A stretch of 64,000 nucleotides of DNA from Veleropilina oligotropha (lineage: Eukaryota), in contig JBEUKZ010000131.1 of NCBI GenBank assembly GCA_048128005.1, forward strand, positions 434,001 through 498,000. Direction: 5' to 3'. Below the pieces are notes generated by a model, which saw only the letters and a program-made list of their open reading frames with translations, was not told the DNA's origin and did not search any database. Below, in pieces: positions 50,299 through 62,681 of the stretch. Position 1 is the first letter of the stretch, and each line of letters opens with the position of its first letter. The position numbers and the translations under genes were made by a program.

Positions 50299-50912
50299 AA
50301 GATGTGATGTACTCCTAGCATGGACTGTCCATTCAAGATGTGATATACTCCTAGCATGGACTGTCGATTCAAGATGTGATATACTCCTAGCATGGACTGT
50401 CCATTCAAGATGTGATGTACCCCTAGCATGGACTGTCCATTCAAGATGTGATGTACTCCTAACATGGACTGTCCATTCAAGATGTGATGTACTCCTAGCA
50501 CGGACTGTCCATTCAAGATGTGATGTACTCCTAGCACGGACTGTCCATTCAAGATGTGATGTACTCCTAGCATGGACTGTCCATTCAAGATGTGATATAC
50601 TCCTAGCACGGACTGTCCATTCAAGATGTGATGTACTCCTAGCACGGACTGTCCATTCAAGATGTGATGTACATCTAGCGTGGACTGTCCATTCAAGATG
50701 TGATGTACTCCTAACATGGACTGTCCATTCAAGATGTGATGTACTCCTAACATGGACTGTCCATTCAAGATGTGATGTACTCCTAACATGGACTGTCCAT
50801 TCAAGATGTGATGTGCTCCTAGCATGGACTGTCCTTTCAAGATGTGATATACTCCTAACATGGACTGTCCATTCAAGATGTGATGTACTCCTAGCATGGA
50901 CTGTCCATTCAA
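50299..50912. repeat. Minisatellite, 36-bp unit x ~17
   Basis: Unit AAGATGTGATGTACTCCTAGCATGGACTGTCCATTC. Confidence 0.97.
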
Positions 50913-51095
50913 AGTTACGATTATGATGATTGTGTAATATCTAGTGCATGTACGTGTAACAATATAACGCTTCATTGTATAATATCAATGGTTACATGTT
51001 TAGTTAGGTGAATAAGACGTTGCCATTATCATATACCCTTAGCAATAAATAATTCAATATATTAATGTTTACCAACTGTTTAATATTTATTTTAG

Positions 51096-51218
51096 AAAAA
51101 CATAAGCCATATCATTTGCAAACCAAAATCTGTGCTCCGGTGATAGAATCTCAATTGAAAAGCACAACACTGAAGGAAGGAGATGAGAACATGTGCTTAC
51201 AGTGCAGACTGGCAACAA
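51096..51218 (+). CDS. Exon, N-terminal part of Ig domain
   Basis: tattttAG acceptor; KHKPYHLQTKICAPVIESQLKSTTLKEGDENMCLQCRLAT; donor A|GTGAGT; phase 1-1. Confidence 0.87.
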
Positions 51219-51250
51219 GTGAGTGGTCCATAAAAATGAATGTGGTAATA

Positions 51251-52374
51251 ATTATACCCCCGTGCTACGAAGTAGCGGGGGGTATATAGCGTTCCGTTCA
51301 TCTGTCCTTCCGTCCTTCCGGTGATTCGACTTTGTCAGGAGCATATCTCCAAAACCGTACATGCTACCTTCATGAAACTTCATACACTCATTAACTAGGT
51401 TGAGTACTTGTGCCTTTTGCTATTTTCAGGTTTCTTAAATTATTATTTTCACAAAAAAAGGCGGATATAAGATTGACATAGACTATAATTGAGGACGCTT
51501 TTTTCCGGAGCATATCTCCAAAACCGTACATGCTAGCTTCACTAAACTTGGCATACATGCTAACTAGGTTGGGTAGTTGTGCCTTTTGCTATTTTCATGT
51601 ATCTGATATTTTTATATCAAAAAAAAAATTGCTGATGTAAGACTGACATAGACTACAATGAATGAAGGCAATGAATTGAGTGTGCGACGATTTTGTCCAA
51701 AGCATATCTTCAAAACCGTACATGCTACCTTCATGAAACTTCATACACTCATTAACTAGGTTGAGTACTTGTGCCATTTGCTTTTTTCAGGTTTCTGAAA
51801 TTATTATTTTTACAAAAAATGCCAGATATAACATTGACATAGACTATAATGGAGGATGCATTTGTCCGGAGCATATCTCCAAAAATCATACATGCTTCTC
51901 AAAGTTGTATTTTTACAAAAAATGGCATATATAAGATTGACATAGACTATGATGTGCGACACTTCTCACCGGAGCATATCTCCCAAACCGTACCAATTAT
52001 CTTAACAAACACCGATCAAAAACACCGAACAGTCTAGTGTGCATAATATTTTTTTAATTATGCTTTGGAGTATTGAAATTTAATTTTGGAAATGTAACTT
52101 TATTTCTTTTGTTGACCTATGTAAATGTTATGTGCGTACGATGAAAGGGACGTGCTTATCTGTAAGACTGACTCACCGTGATTAAGGTACAGTAAGCTGT
52201 TAAGCTTATTCATCACTCTGTGGAGCTGGGATTATCAAAACAGATGAATTGAATGGATATTGAAAACTGACTTCCTCATTGATTTATTCCATGGGTATCT
52301 TAAAATGAGCAGAGACTATAATTATTGAAAGCGCCGAACGGGGGTATGTAAGCTGCGCTTACTTCTTTCTTGTT
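51251..52374 (+). mobile_element. HINE-like element, ~170-190-bp core
   Basis: ATACCCCCG...CGGGGGGTAT 5' stem, (TCCG/TCCT)n, repeats GGAGCATATCTCCAAAACCGTACATGCTA, 3' CGGGGGTAT plus hairpin GTAAGC-tgc-GCTTAC. Confidence 0.8.
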
Positions 52375-52800
52375 AATTATAATTATTATAGTGTTCACCT
52401 GGTCCAGCATAAACTATTCACACATTGTTTTAAAAGTTAACCAGGATTGTCTCCCATGTTAAACACCATGTAGCAACATACCTCTCAATGCTTCTCACAA
52501 CATACCGCCAACAATGCCCTTGTTGTTATTCCAGAACATGTAGCATGTTACATGAACTCTAGTACATTGTTTTTATATGAAACAGGTTGTTAACAGAGCC
52601 AGGATCAGAGCTGTTGTATAAAGATTTTAAATAATTCTGAATTGTCAATTTTCAAATGCTATTAACTCTTTTGGTGCCAAATTAATCAGAACGGTATGCA
52701 TAGCAGAATGTAATAATGGCGCCGAAAGAATTAATGGTGATAAATAAATTCAATAACTATGCAAAGCATCTAGATTCCATATTTTCATGTCACTTTACAG

Positions 52801-52998
52801 AATCACCTGATGCAGCTGTTACGTGGTCTCATAATGGAAAAGAACTTCGGTCCAATAAAGATACCCTGTGCCATTTTGATGGACAGCTGGCAAAGTTAAC
52901 ATTTAGTAAAGTGCAGCCGTGCAGCGCCGGAACGTATACCTGCGTATTCACGTCCAACAGACTGCAAGCGAAATCATCAGCCATGATAACTGTTCAGG
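52801..52998 (+). CDS. Exon, C-terminal part of Ig domain
   Basis: cactttacAG acceptor; SPDAAVTWSHNGKELRSNKD...SAGTYTCVFTSNRLQAKSSAMITVQ; donor G|GTGAGT; phase 1-1. Confidence 0.9.
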
Positions 52999-53060
52999 GT
53001 GAGTAACTCTTGGTGGGTGTTCTCCGATTATGCATACATGCACTACTTCTGTTAAGTTGG

Positions 53061-53784
53061 TTATTATGTCTCCCCTGCCCTGTGGGGAGACATTGTTTTT
53101 GTACCGTGCGTCCGTCTGTCTGTCACGCTTTGGTTTCCGGACAATAACTGCTGTTCCCTTTCAGCGATTTTGATCATATTTGGTACACAGGTTGCTTATG
53201 AGGAGGGGTCACTTGGGATTGCTTTTCAGGTCGGTACGTAAAATGTCATGTGATCGGTGGTTAAAAATAGAATTTTGGCTCTGATTTGGTTTCCGGACGA
53301 TGACTACTCGACATATTGGGTGTTCATGCCCATATTTGCCACACAGCTCCCTCATGAGGAGGGAATGCATGGGATTGCATTTGAGGACAATTGCTCAAAG
53401 GTCATGTGACCTGTTGCTAAAAATGGAATTTCAGAATTTTGATTGCGATTTGCTTTCTGGACGATATCAATCGTTCACACTTCGCGACAATGCTCATATT
53501 TAGCATGCCAGTTTGCCTATGAGGAAAGGATGCTTGGGATTGCACTTCAGGTAAATCGGTCAAAGGTCACATGACCTGTTGCTAAAAATTGAATTTTCCA
53601 GTAATTTCATTCCAAACAGTAACTACCCTTTGCGATCATGCTCATATTTAGCAGGCATGTTGGATATGAAGAAAGGATGCTCGCGATTGCATTTGTGGTC
53701 AAAGGTCACATGACTTGTTGCTAAAAATAAAATTTCAACCAGGGGAGACATTCCTGTTATTGTGAGCATTAACAACATCTAGTT
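53061..53784 (+). mobile_element. HINE-like element with tandem core
   Basis: ATGTCTCCCC...GGGGAGACAT 5' stem, (TCTG)n, repeats with AAGGTCACATGACC, 3' GGGGAGACAT and CTAGTT end. Confidence 0.8.
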
Positions 53785-53891
53785 CTGAATAATAGTTTCA
53801 GGAATTGTCCTACTTATTCTTACATATAGCGTCAGCCCAAACCAAGAATATGTGTATGTTTATTTAGTAATTTACTGCGATATATTTTCAG

Positions 53892-53993
53892 GCTTTCTAA
53901 AGTTGGCGAACGAACCACCAAAATTTACCTCACGACTATCAGATTTAACAGTACAAGAAGGAGAGAATTTTGTCCTAACTGCAAAAATAACAG
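53892..53993 (+). CDS. Exon, N-terminal part of Ig domain
   Basis: attttcAG acceptor; FLKLANEPPKFTSRLSDLTVQEGENFVLTAKIT; donor G|GTACCC; phase 1-1. Confidence 0.9.
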
Positions 53994-54291
53994 GTACCCG
54001 GTACATTCGTTTTCATTTTCTAATAGACATCCTGTAATGCGCATTATTCGTTTGCGGCTATTGTGTCCTGTAGGTTTTGTCACAGCATGGTAAAATAAAA
54101 TGTTTGATAAACTAATGTAAATTTTGCAATCCTCTCTCCACTCTTTGGCATAGTTTCTGAAACGTGGATAAGTGTTCGGACATTGATGCAAAACAGATGT
54201 CTTACAGACTCATCAATATGACCATGGCTTTTCATTCGTATATGCAATGTATCATTAAGCAAATTAATGTTAATTTTCACTTTTCTTGCAG

Positions 54292-54489
54292 GATTTCCAC
54301 AACCAGAAGTTCGATGGTGTAAGAATAGACACGAGATTCAGAGTGGTGCCGACATCAAGCTGTTCTACGATGGTACAGTGGCATCGCTCTCCATCAGCGA
54401 TGTTCTGCCGGAAGATTCTGGAACATACTGCTGCATTGCAGAAAACGTGTCCGGAAAACAAAGAACCACGTCAACGGTCACAGTGTGTG
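54292..54489 (+). CDS. Exon, C-terminal part of Ig domain
   Basis: ttttcttgcAG acceptor; GFPQPEVRWCKNRHEIQSG...VLPEDSGTYCCIAENVSGKQRTTSTVTVC; donor G|GTACGT; phase 1-1. Confidence 0.92.
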
Positions 54490-54758
54490 GTACGTGGCTT
54501 ACGTGACTTACATTAATATGAATGCTAATTAGAAAATCGTTGATCTAGATTTACAGTTTTCAGAGCAAACATAAAAGTTATAATCTGTTTTGATATCATG
54601 TGTGTTACTCATTGTGATCATGAACTAGTTGAAGTGGCCGAGATAGAGTATCCCTTCTTCCAAGTTGTTGAGGGTGAATATTCTACTGCACGTTGATATA
54701 CATTTTCATTTGTGCCGAGGTATTTGTCTGTTGTAACCATGCTGTGAATTATTTGCAG

Positions 54759-54866
54759 CTTCTCTGAGTAAACTTGCTGATCGCGAACCACCGATTTTTG
54801 TACAAGAGCTCCAAGATATTAATTCATCAGATTCAGCGACAGTGGAATTTGTGACGAAAGTGAAAG
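54759..54866 (+). CDS. Exon, N-terminal part of Ig domain (not in ORF track)
   Basis: atttgcAG acceptor; SLSKLADREPPIFVQELQDINSSDSATVEFVTKVK; donor G|GTACGC; phase 1-1. Confidence 0.87.
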
Positions 54867-55616
54867 GTACGCGCTTGACGTTGATGCTTGATGCTTTTGT
54901 GAGAAGACTAGTGCTTTTAGCTACATAGCTGCAGACTCTTTGCTGTGTGATAGCTTATATTATCATGATGTTCATAAATGTCTTATTTTGACTTTTTTTG
55001 TGAGCATTAGTGAAAACATGATAGGCGACTATGTTAGTTAGCTCTTTGCCTTCTACTGAATTGTATCTCTGCTCTCATTTATTGAGCATATCTACGGGTC
55101 ACAAATAGGCAGAGAGGTAATGTTCGCACTTTCCCAAATTGAAAAGTGTTAAAGTTCAAATCAAATCTATTAAACATGTATATGGCATGTTGATCACCAA
55201 ATTCTGGCATTATGAGTTTTAAATATTTATGATGCACATGTAATTATATAAACAACTAAGTTTTTGTTAAAATTTCTGAAATTAAATGAAATGTTGTTGA
55301 GGTTTCATATATGTATACTTTAAATATCACATTGAGATTTTCAAACTCTAGCAATTCCCTTTATAATGACACAATTGAGCATATCTTGTATACTGAGAAA
55401 TTTGTATTGCCAAAATTAATGGATACAATTTTTACAAATGGAGATAAATATTGAAGGAGTTCAACCATTTCTAAATACAACTGAGTTTCCTCTTTTCGCC
55501 ATCATGGACACTTATAACCTCATGTTCATAGCTTCAGATAGTTATAGTTTAGTTATCACAGCATATTTGTAACTGCACGCTTTTACAGCATGAGTTTGTG
55601 TTTTACCCCCACACAG

Positions 55617-55817
55617 GCACTCCACCCATTGACATAATATGGGTTCATAACAACAAAGAAATCCCCCTCAAAGACCCCCTATATCAGCAAGTATCCAACG
55701 GCAATGAACATCGCTTAATTTTGGCTGAGGTTTTCCCGGAAGATGCCGGGTCCTATGTGTGTGAAGCGTACAATGATTATGGAGACACCGATACGTTCTG
55801 TAATCTGACCGTCGTAG
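55617..55817 (+). CDS. Exon, C-terminal part of an MLCK-type Ig domain
   Basis: acacAG acceptor; GTPPIDIIWVHNNKEI...HRLILAEVFPEDAGSYVCEAYNDYGDTDTFCNLTVV; donor G|GTATGT; phase 1-1. Confidence 0.93.
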
Positions 55818-56504
55818 GTATGTGCGACGCATGCAAAGTCGGTGGTGGTTTGTCGTCTTGCACGGTCTCGCATGTGACTTGGACATGGTTGCGGAATCTG
55901 AAGGAACTCCAACCAAATGCATTGTTTTCTGCAGCACGTTAATTCACTCTGAAGTATATTGTTTGGTACAGCGAACCTTGCATGCAAAACGTTGTTTTCC
56001 TGAATAAACTGACAAATGATGGACATTGACTCATGGTATGTGTTGTCAATCATGCGTACCGCGGATGTTAATTGTTGTTTTGTATACCTATATAATTGAG
56101 CCAGGTTGATATATGGTTATAATTCAAGTGTCATAGCATGCCGCCATTTGTATGTTTCGTTTTTATGGCACGGCGATGTTTGCATTTACATGTTTTATTG
56201 TTTAGCATTTTACTGTCATTAATGTTGTAAATATTAATGTTGTAATTGTCTCTGGAAGATGTGTAAATGGTATTTTAATGAAATATTGCATGGATCTATC
56301 TTTGTTGTACTAAATGTAATTTAAACATTAGCATTATAATTGGAAGGCTCAGGTTGCTGTCTATTCGACTATATTTACTCTATCGTGAATAACTTTTGAT
56401 ATTGCAACGAATGTTGTATTATATTATTTCATATGTACCATCCTATCTTTCCTTTAATATTTTTTATTAAACGGTTTTCTGAATGATGGCAATTTCTTTT
56501 TCAG

Positions 56505-56674
56505 AAGAGGATAAAGATGAGATCTTTGCCCCTGAGTTTATCGTGAAGCCCCGTACCGTGAACATCGATGAGAGCTACAGGGCAGTGTTCACCTGCAGAG
56601 TGTTCGGAAAACCAGAGCCGCGGGTTCGGTGGCATAAGGATGGAACAGAAATCCATGACAACTCCAAATATAAG
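56505..56674 (+). CDS. Exon, N-terminal half of Ig domain
   Basis: tttctttttcAG acceptor; EDKDEIFAPEFIVKPRTVNIDESYRAVFTCRVFGKPEPRVRWHKDGTEIHDNSKYK; donor AAG|GTGAGT; phase 1-0. Confidence 0.93.
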
Positions 56675-57175
56675 GTGAGTTAACGTTTTAGAATAGAATG
56701 ATTCTATGGTTGGTTTAAGTAGAGGAATGTAAATTTCTTGTTCTTCCGAGTTACTGTCACTCCTGCATTTTGTACTGGGCAATATGAAATGAGAGATGGT
56801 CCATTCTTTTACTAGCTTTATTCTGACAAACCTGTAAAACCATGCTTTTTGTGTCAATGGTAGAATCTTCACGACCTAATGAAAATGAGATTTTATGTTA
56901 TTAAGGAACTTTGGTTACTTGAAAACCGAAGGTTGTTGGGCCTGTGGGCCTTCTGCTCACCTGATCCTTTTCCATGAATTCCCTTTGAGACCTTGAATGT
57001 TTGGTGGCATGAGAATAACACAAGAGAAGATGAAAATGTTTTGTTATATATGTATTAAATTATATTGAAAAATACGGTGTTTATGCATTTCTCCGGATAT
57101 GATTGTCTAATGCTACCAAAAAATAAATATTGCCATATTATATATATTAACTTGTTGTCTTGACATTACTCTCAG

Positions 57176-57354
57176 GTGCTTAACTTTGGTGACGAGCACC
57201 GCCTTGAGGTGGTGCATGCCAGCTTATCAGATGCAGGGAAGTACACCTGCGTGCTGGAGAACAAGGAGGGGTCCACATCGCACTCCGCCAGGCTCCTGGT
57301 GCGGCACATCAGCACGCCGGACAGGGTTGACTTCCGAGGGATGCTCAAACCCAG
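57176..57354 (+). CDS. Exon, C-terminal half of Ig domain plus first DFRxxL motif
   Basis: ctctcAG acceptor; VLNFGDEHRLEVVHASLSDAGKYTCVLENKEGSTSHSARLLVRHISTPDRVDFRGMLKPR; donor AG|GTAAAT; phase 0-2. Confidence 0.93.
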
Positions 57355-57668
57355 GTAAATTTTTGAGCTGTGTGTAGATAAGAATCCACAATAAACAAAT
57401 GATATGAACAATGTGAATAAAATAATAAATATTGACAATCCCTAAAAAAACCTTATGAATGGACTGTATAGCTAAATAAACGTTCAAATTATTTTCTGTT
57501 AAGTAATGTGCATTGTTGAGTTTTGTAATTTTGTACAAATATTTCTCGGCATGACTACAAATTATGTGTATATTCATACCTTATTGGGATATTCTCTGCA
57601 TTTATCTTTATGCTGTTATTCCTATGAAATCCTGAAGGACAATGAAGGTCATTTCTGATCCGTTTCAG

Positions 57669-57912
57669 AAATACACCAGAAAAAGTAACCACTGCAAGCG
57701 CTAACCATAACGAGGCTGCTCCAAAAGAGACAGAGCAGCACGACTTCCGCAAGATTTTGACAAAACACGTCGAAACCAAACGGCGTCCAGAGTTCCGGAC
57801 AGACCTGCGAGACCAGAGAGTGTGTGAGGGAGGATCCTTGGAACTGCAGTGTGAGGTGACGGGAATCCCAGCACCCGTCATATCCTGGTACTTCAACAAC
57901 AAGATCATCAAG
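57669..57912 (+). CDS. Exon, second DFRxxL motif plus N-terminal half of Ig domain
   Basis: gtttcAG acceptor; NTPEKV...EQHDFRKILTKHVETKRRPEFRTDLRDQRVCEGGSLELQCEVTGIPAPVISWYFNNKIIK; donor AAG|GTACGG; phase 2-0. Confidence 0.93.
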
Positions 57913-60350
57913 GTACGGCAACTGATATATCGTATCACAACATCATTCAATACTAATGTTTCAAATTGTCCAAGATAGTTTTCTGTGTGGCTATTTGTTA
58001 TTCTGATATTACAACATGGATGTTCATGGTAATCATCACTTACAATTAAAAAAAACATGATATTACCATCTAATTTATATAAATATCACTTCTATTTTCA
58101 TGATGAAATCTTGTGTATGAACCCAGTTATGTGCGAACCCATTTTTATTCATTACCATATTCAAATTTTACATATCTAGAAAGATTTGTGGAAACAATAT
58201 GTAGAGTACCGCTCTTCTTGCATGGAATAAATGCAGTTTTGGGGACGCAGGAACTGCGGAGAATAGTTATATCCAGTTTTGAAACTCCTGTCCACTACAA
58301 TCAAATTTCGCGCTCTTAATCGCATTGAACAAAAATGTAGGTCACTTTCACCACTTGTCTGTCCTATTTTTCAAGCAGCAACAACTTCTGTAGTAGAATT
58401 TGTTGCCTTTACATGCAATATCCCATATCTATTATGCTATTTAGTAACAAACACTGTCACTGTATCATTGAATTATAATTGTTTCAAAAATACCTGTACC
58501 TTGTGATTGAAATAATGAAATTACTGCTTCGGTAAACCGGCCGTATTTGCATGGCTATTCCCACTATCGGCTTATTGCATAAATTAGCGATGTATCTATC
58601 AAATTAGGTTATGGCACATTTTAAAAGTATTCTTAAGCCTATATATAATTATTTCACCAACGTTTCTTGTTTATGTTTGTACAAATCCGAAAAAGTGTAA
58701 AAATACGTCTTTAATCGTAGAATAGATGTAAATTAAATCTGTTTTCACAGGGGTATTTCCGCACGGGATAATAGCCCCAGGTCACTGAGGTGCTGTTGTT
58801 TCCAAATATGGTTGTTTCCTTATGTGGCCTTAATGATTTTGCGACCTAAAATGAGAATAATGACATCAACGTCGCTGACAAATATAAGGAAATGGTCAAG
58901 GCGACATAAATAAAAATTGTTCTAATGTGTGGTTATTTGGTTTTCGAGCAGAAATCTTGCTTGTACATGAAAACATTACAGGACCGTTCACGGAAATCAC
59001 TCGGCTGATTCCGGTATAGTACTGTATAAGCCCTCAGCTGGAGAATATTTTACGTACATAGATAACGGAAACATCCAATAGTATGCTTTATTATCGGTTT
59101 CCACAGGAATTTAATCAGTTACGGTTACCTTTCCCAAATATACTTCGCACAGCCATGTAAATATTTCTTTCCCCGCTCTTACCTGGATTTATCCCCCCTG
59201 CTCTCAAATATAATAGAGCAAGTATACTCCTAACGATATAGAATAGCAAAATCATGTTTCTGCAAAAGAGAGTTGAGCGGAAATGAAAGAAGCATGTTAC
59301 TGAACTGGGAATTCCGCATCTATTTATAGCACAACTCATGAATACTAGTATTATGAGCGATGACGTTAGTGCCTTCCTCCGCGAGCGTCGTCCTCACATT
59401 TCTACTCGTTTCTACTAGCAAATGGATAGTTGACGCTGTAAATAATTCATTTTTTAAGTAACTTTGCAGCTCATTTAGTAAGTTTGACAGATTTATCAAG
59501 GGTTCCCGTCGTGTGGTCTCGTCTGCACTTTCACTGTCGATGTCAAACTCAAAGTGAGCTGTCGCGGTGTACATATTTGTAGGCAACAAAATTATTATTT
59601 ACGAATATTTATGAATAAATATACCTGCAACTTCAACACCACTGTATTTCATATTATCTTTATTAATATTTAATCATATAATATCTGAAGTCAACAGGTC
59701 ATGGAACTTAAAATAATTCCTACATTTAGTTCCCCCTTATGACGTTTTTGTGCCCGGGATCGACTTCGGTAGCTTGAATTGGAATGTTCAATTGTCAATA
59801 AAACTCTGTAGTATTGAAAGCAGAGTAGCCCAGAAAAATATCAATGACCAATTTTAAATGAACACTGACCCATTTTTTAGGAAGAACAGCAAAATAAATA
59901 GGCCTATAATCATGTTAATTGTAAATCATCACCAAAAACTTAATGCCTGGGTGAAATGCATGAATTGTAACACAATTAAACGCAACCAAATTATTAATGT
60001 TGTACTTGCTATGGACATCCAGTGCACAAATTGATATAATTAAGCCTATAAAACTAAGTGCTGTGCAAATTTGTGATACATTTCCTGGTGGTAGACCTTA
60101 AAATTTTACCCACCACACAGTTACTTTGTGTTTAATTGATCACGACTATCGATTGATAATAAATACTATAATGTGACGATATGCAGGTTCACCTACAAAT
60201 AATTATTTGATATAAACAACATTCACAATGTTTTAATCAAGGCTCTTCTAATGAATTGATGCATTTGCGTCCCTTCAGTGCTTCAGCACTTTGATTTCTG
60301 ACTATGACTGTTGATTATAGTTAGTGACTAGTCTATTCAAAAGTTTACTG

Positions 60351-61972
60351 AACAAGAGTCATCATGAGAAGACGTATCCCCCGGTGGAACGTTAATGTTA
60401 ACACTACATCCCTGCTTTTAAGTGTAAGCAAGAAGACAGAGCCATCAATATCCCCCGCAATGGTTAATTCCAAAGGAAACATTAACGAATTTAGAACAAG
60501 GGCAATAATTCTGTTATGAATTGCCGCACAACGTCGAAATTAGCAAAAGACACCAGTTCACCAAAGTACTTAATACACCCAGCAAGTTTAGTAAAGTTAT
60601 GTTGAGCGGTGTATGAGATACGGTCCGGGAAATATAACATTAACGAATTTACAACAAGGGCAGTAACTCTGTTAATAATCGCCGATCAACGTCGAAAGTG
60701 GCAAAAGGCACCAATTCACCGATTACTTAATTCACCCTGCAAGTATCGTAAAGTTATGTTGAGCATTGTATGAGATACAGTCTGGTAAAGATAACATTAG
60801 CGAATTTACAACAAGGGCAGTAACTCTGTTAATAATCGCCTCTCAATGTCAAAACTGGCAAAAGGCACCAGTTCACCGACTACTTAATACACCCTGCAAG
60901 TATCCTAAAGTTATGTTGAGCGGTATATGAGATATTGTCCGGAAAAGATAACATTAGCGAATTTACAACAAGAGCAGTAACTCTGTTAATAATCGCCGGT
61001 CAACGTCGAAACTGGCAAAAGGTACCAGTTGACCAACTACTTATTACACCCTGCAAGTATCGTAAAGCTATGTTGAGCGGTGTATGAGATACAGCCTTGA
61101 AAACATAACATTAGCGAATTTACAAGGGCAGTAACTCTGTTAATAATTGCCGCTCAACGTCAAAACTGGCAAAAGGCATCAGTTAAACGACTACTTAATA
61201 CACCCTGCAAGTATCGTAAAGTTATGTTGAGTGGTGTATGAGATACGGTCCAGGAAATATAACAGTAACAAATTTACAACAAGTGCAGTAACTCTTTTAA
61301 TAATCGCCGATCAACGTCGAAAGTGGCAAAAGGGACCAGTTCACCGACAACTTAATTCACCCTGCAAGTATCGTTAAGTTATGTTGAGCGTTGTATGAGA
61401 TGCAGTCTGGTAAAGTTAACATTAGCGAATTTACAACAAGGGCAGTAACTCTGTTAATAATCGCCGGTCAACGTCGAAACTGGCAAAAGGTACCAGTTGA
61501 CCAACTACTTAATACACCCTGCAAGTATCGTAAAGCTATGTTGAGCGGTGTATGAGATACAGCCTTGAAAACATAACATTAGCGAATTTACAATGGCAGT
61601 AACTCTGTTAATAATCGCCGCTCAACGTCAAAACTGGCAAAAGGCATCAGTTAAATGACTACTTAATACACCCTGCAAATATCGTAATGTTATGTTGAGC
61701 GGTGTATGAGATACGGTCCGGAAAAGATAACATTAGTGAATTTACAACAACGGCAGTAACTCTGTTAATAATCGCCGCAACTGGCAAAAGGTACCAGTTG
61801 ACCGACTACTTAATACACCCTGCAAGTATCGTAAAGTTATGTCGAGCGGTGTAAGAGATATGCTCCGGAAACGATATCGATTACATACAGATGGACAGAC
61901 AGATGGACGGATAGACAGACTGGGCGATCACAAGATCCCCCCGTTGGAAACCGGGGGGGGGGGGGATAAAAA
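60351..61972 (-). mobile_element. HINE-like element, ~157-bp core x ~9, with two stacked 3' termini
   Basis: Core is the reverse complement of the 2084-2744 core; (GACA/GGAT)n tract; termini TATCCCCCGG / CCGGGG..GGATA. Confidence 0.8.
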
Positions 61973-62177
61973 TTAAATGACTAATATACTATTGCATACA
62001 TATTTTTGTAAGCATTCCTTTCTAATGGCATCATATATTAACCCTACTGTTGATCATGTTGAATAACTATTTATTAATGCACTTCTGCATCGATGAGATA
62101 TACATACCCTTACTGAAGATGAATGAATATTTCTATGCAAAGTGAGCACACATAATGTTAATTCTTTCCACTTTCAG

Positions 62178-62325
62178 CCCTCCAAGTACTTCCAGATGGA
62201 CTATGATGGCACGACGGCCAGGCTGGCGATTGCTGAGGTCTACCCTGAGGATGAGGGAGAATACATATGCTCAGCCATCGGGTCATCTGGCTGTGCCACT
62301 CGTATGTGTGACATCGTCGTCGATG
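62178..62325 (+). CDS. Exon, C-terminal half of Ig domain
   Basis: ccactttcAG acceptor; PSKYFQMDYDGTTARLAIAEVYPEDEGEYICSAIGSSGCATRMCDIVVD; donor G|GTAAGT; phase 0-1. Confidence 0.93.
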
Positions 62326-62681
62326 GTAAGTAATGTGCTATTTGTAATAAATTATAGGCAAGTGTTTGAATACATCCACTTTCACCTGACATCTTAAGGT
62401 TTCTAATATCACCCTTTCCCTTTTACTGTTGTAGTAAAGTACCTAACACTATTATTTTAAATTGGATTAAGACATGGTCTTATTTTACTATTGCAATTAG
62501 ACCATTGACCTTGTTCATTTTGATGACGATTAAACCTTTATTTTTCACCTCATTTTAACAATCACTGGTTGAGCCATGTGCCATTTTTACATTAATATCC
62601 CTTTTCATTGATGCACAAGTTAATTTGCCATCTCGCATATTTGTAAATTGACAACTTTTTTTAATACTTAATGTCACTTAG

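Noticed and set aside
50274..50975. 233-aa minus-strand ORF
   Set aside because: Translation of the 36-bp minisatellite.
58100..59600. Minus-strand ORF fragments (59320-59589 and neighbours) that look like a decayed gene
   Set aside because: Multiple stops and no recognisable motif; a translated database search would be needed.
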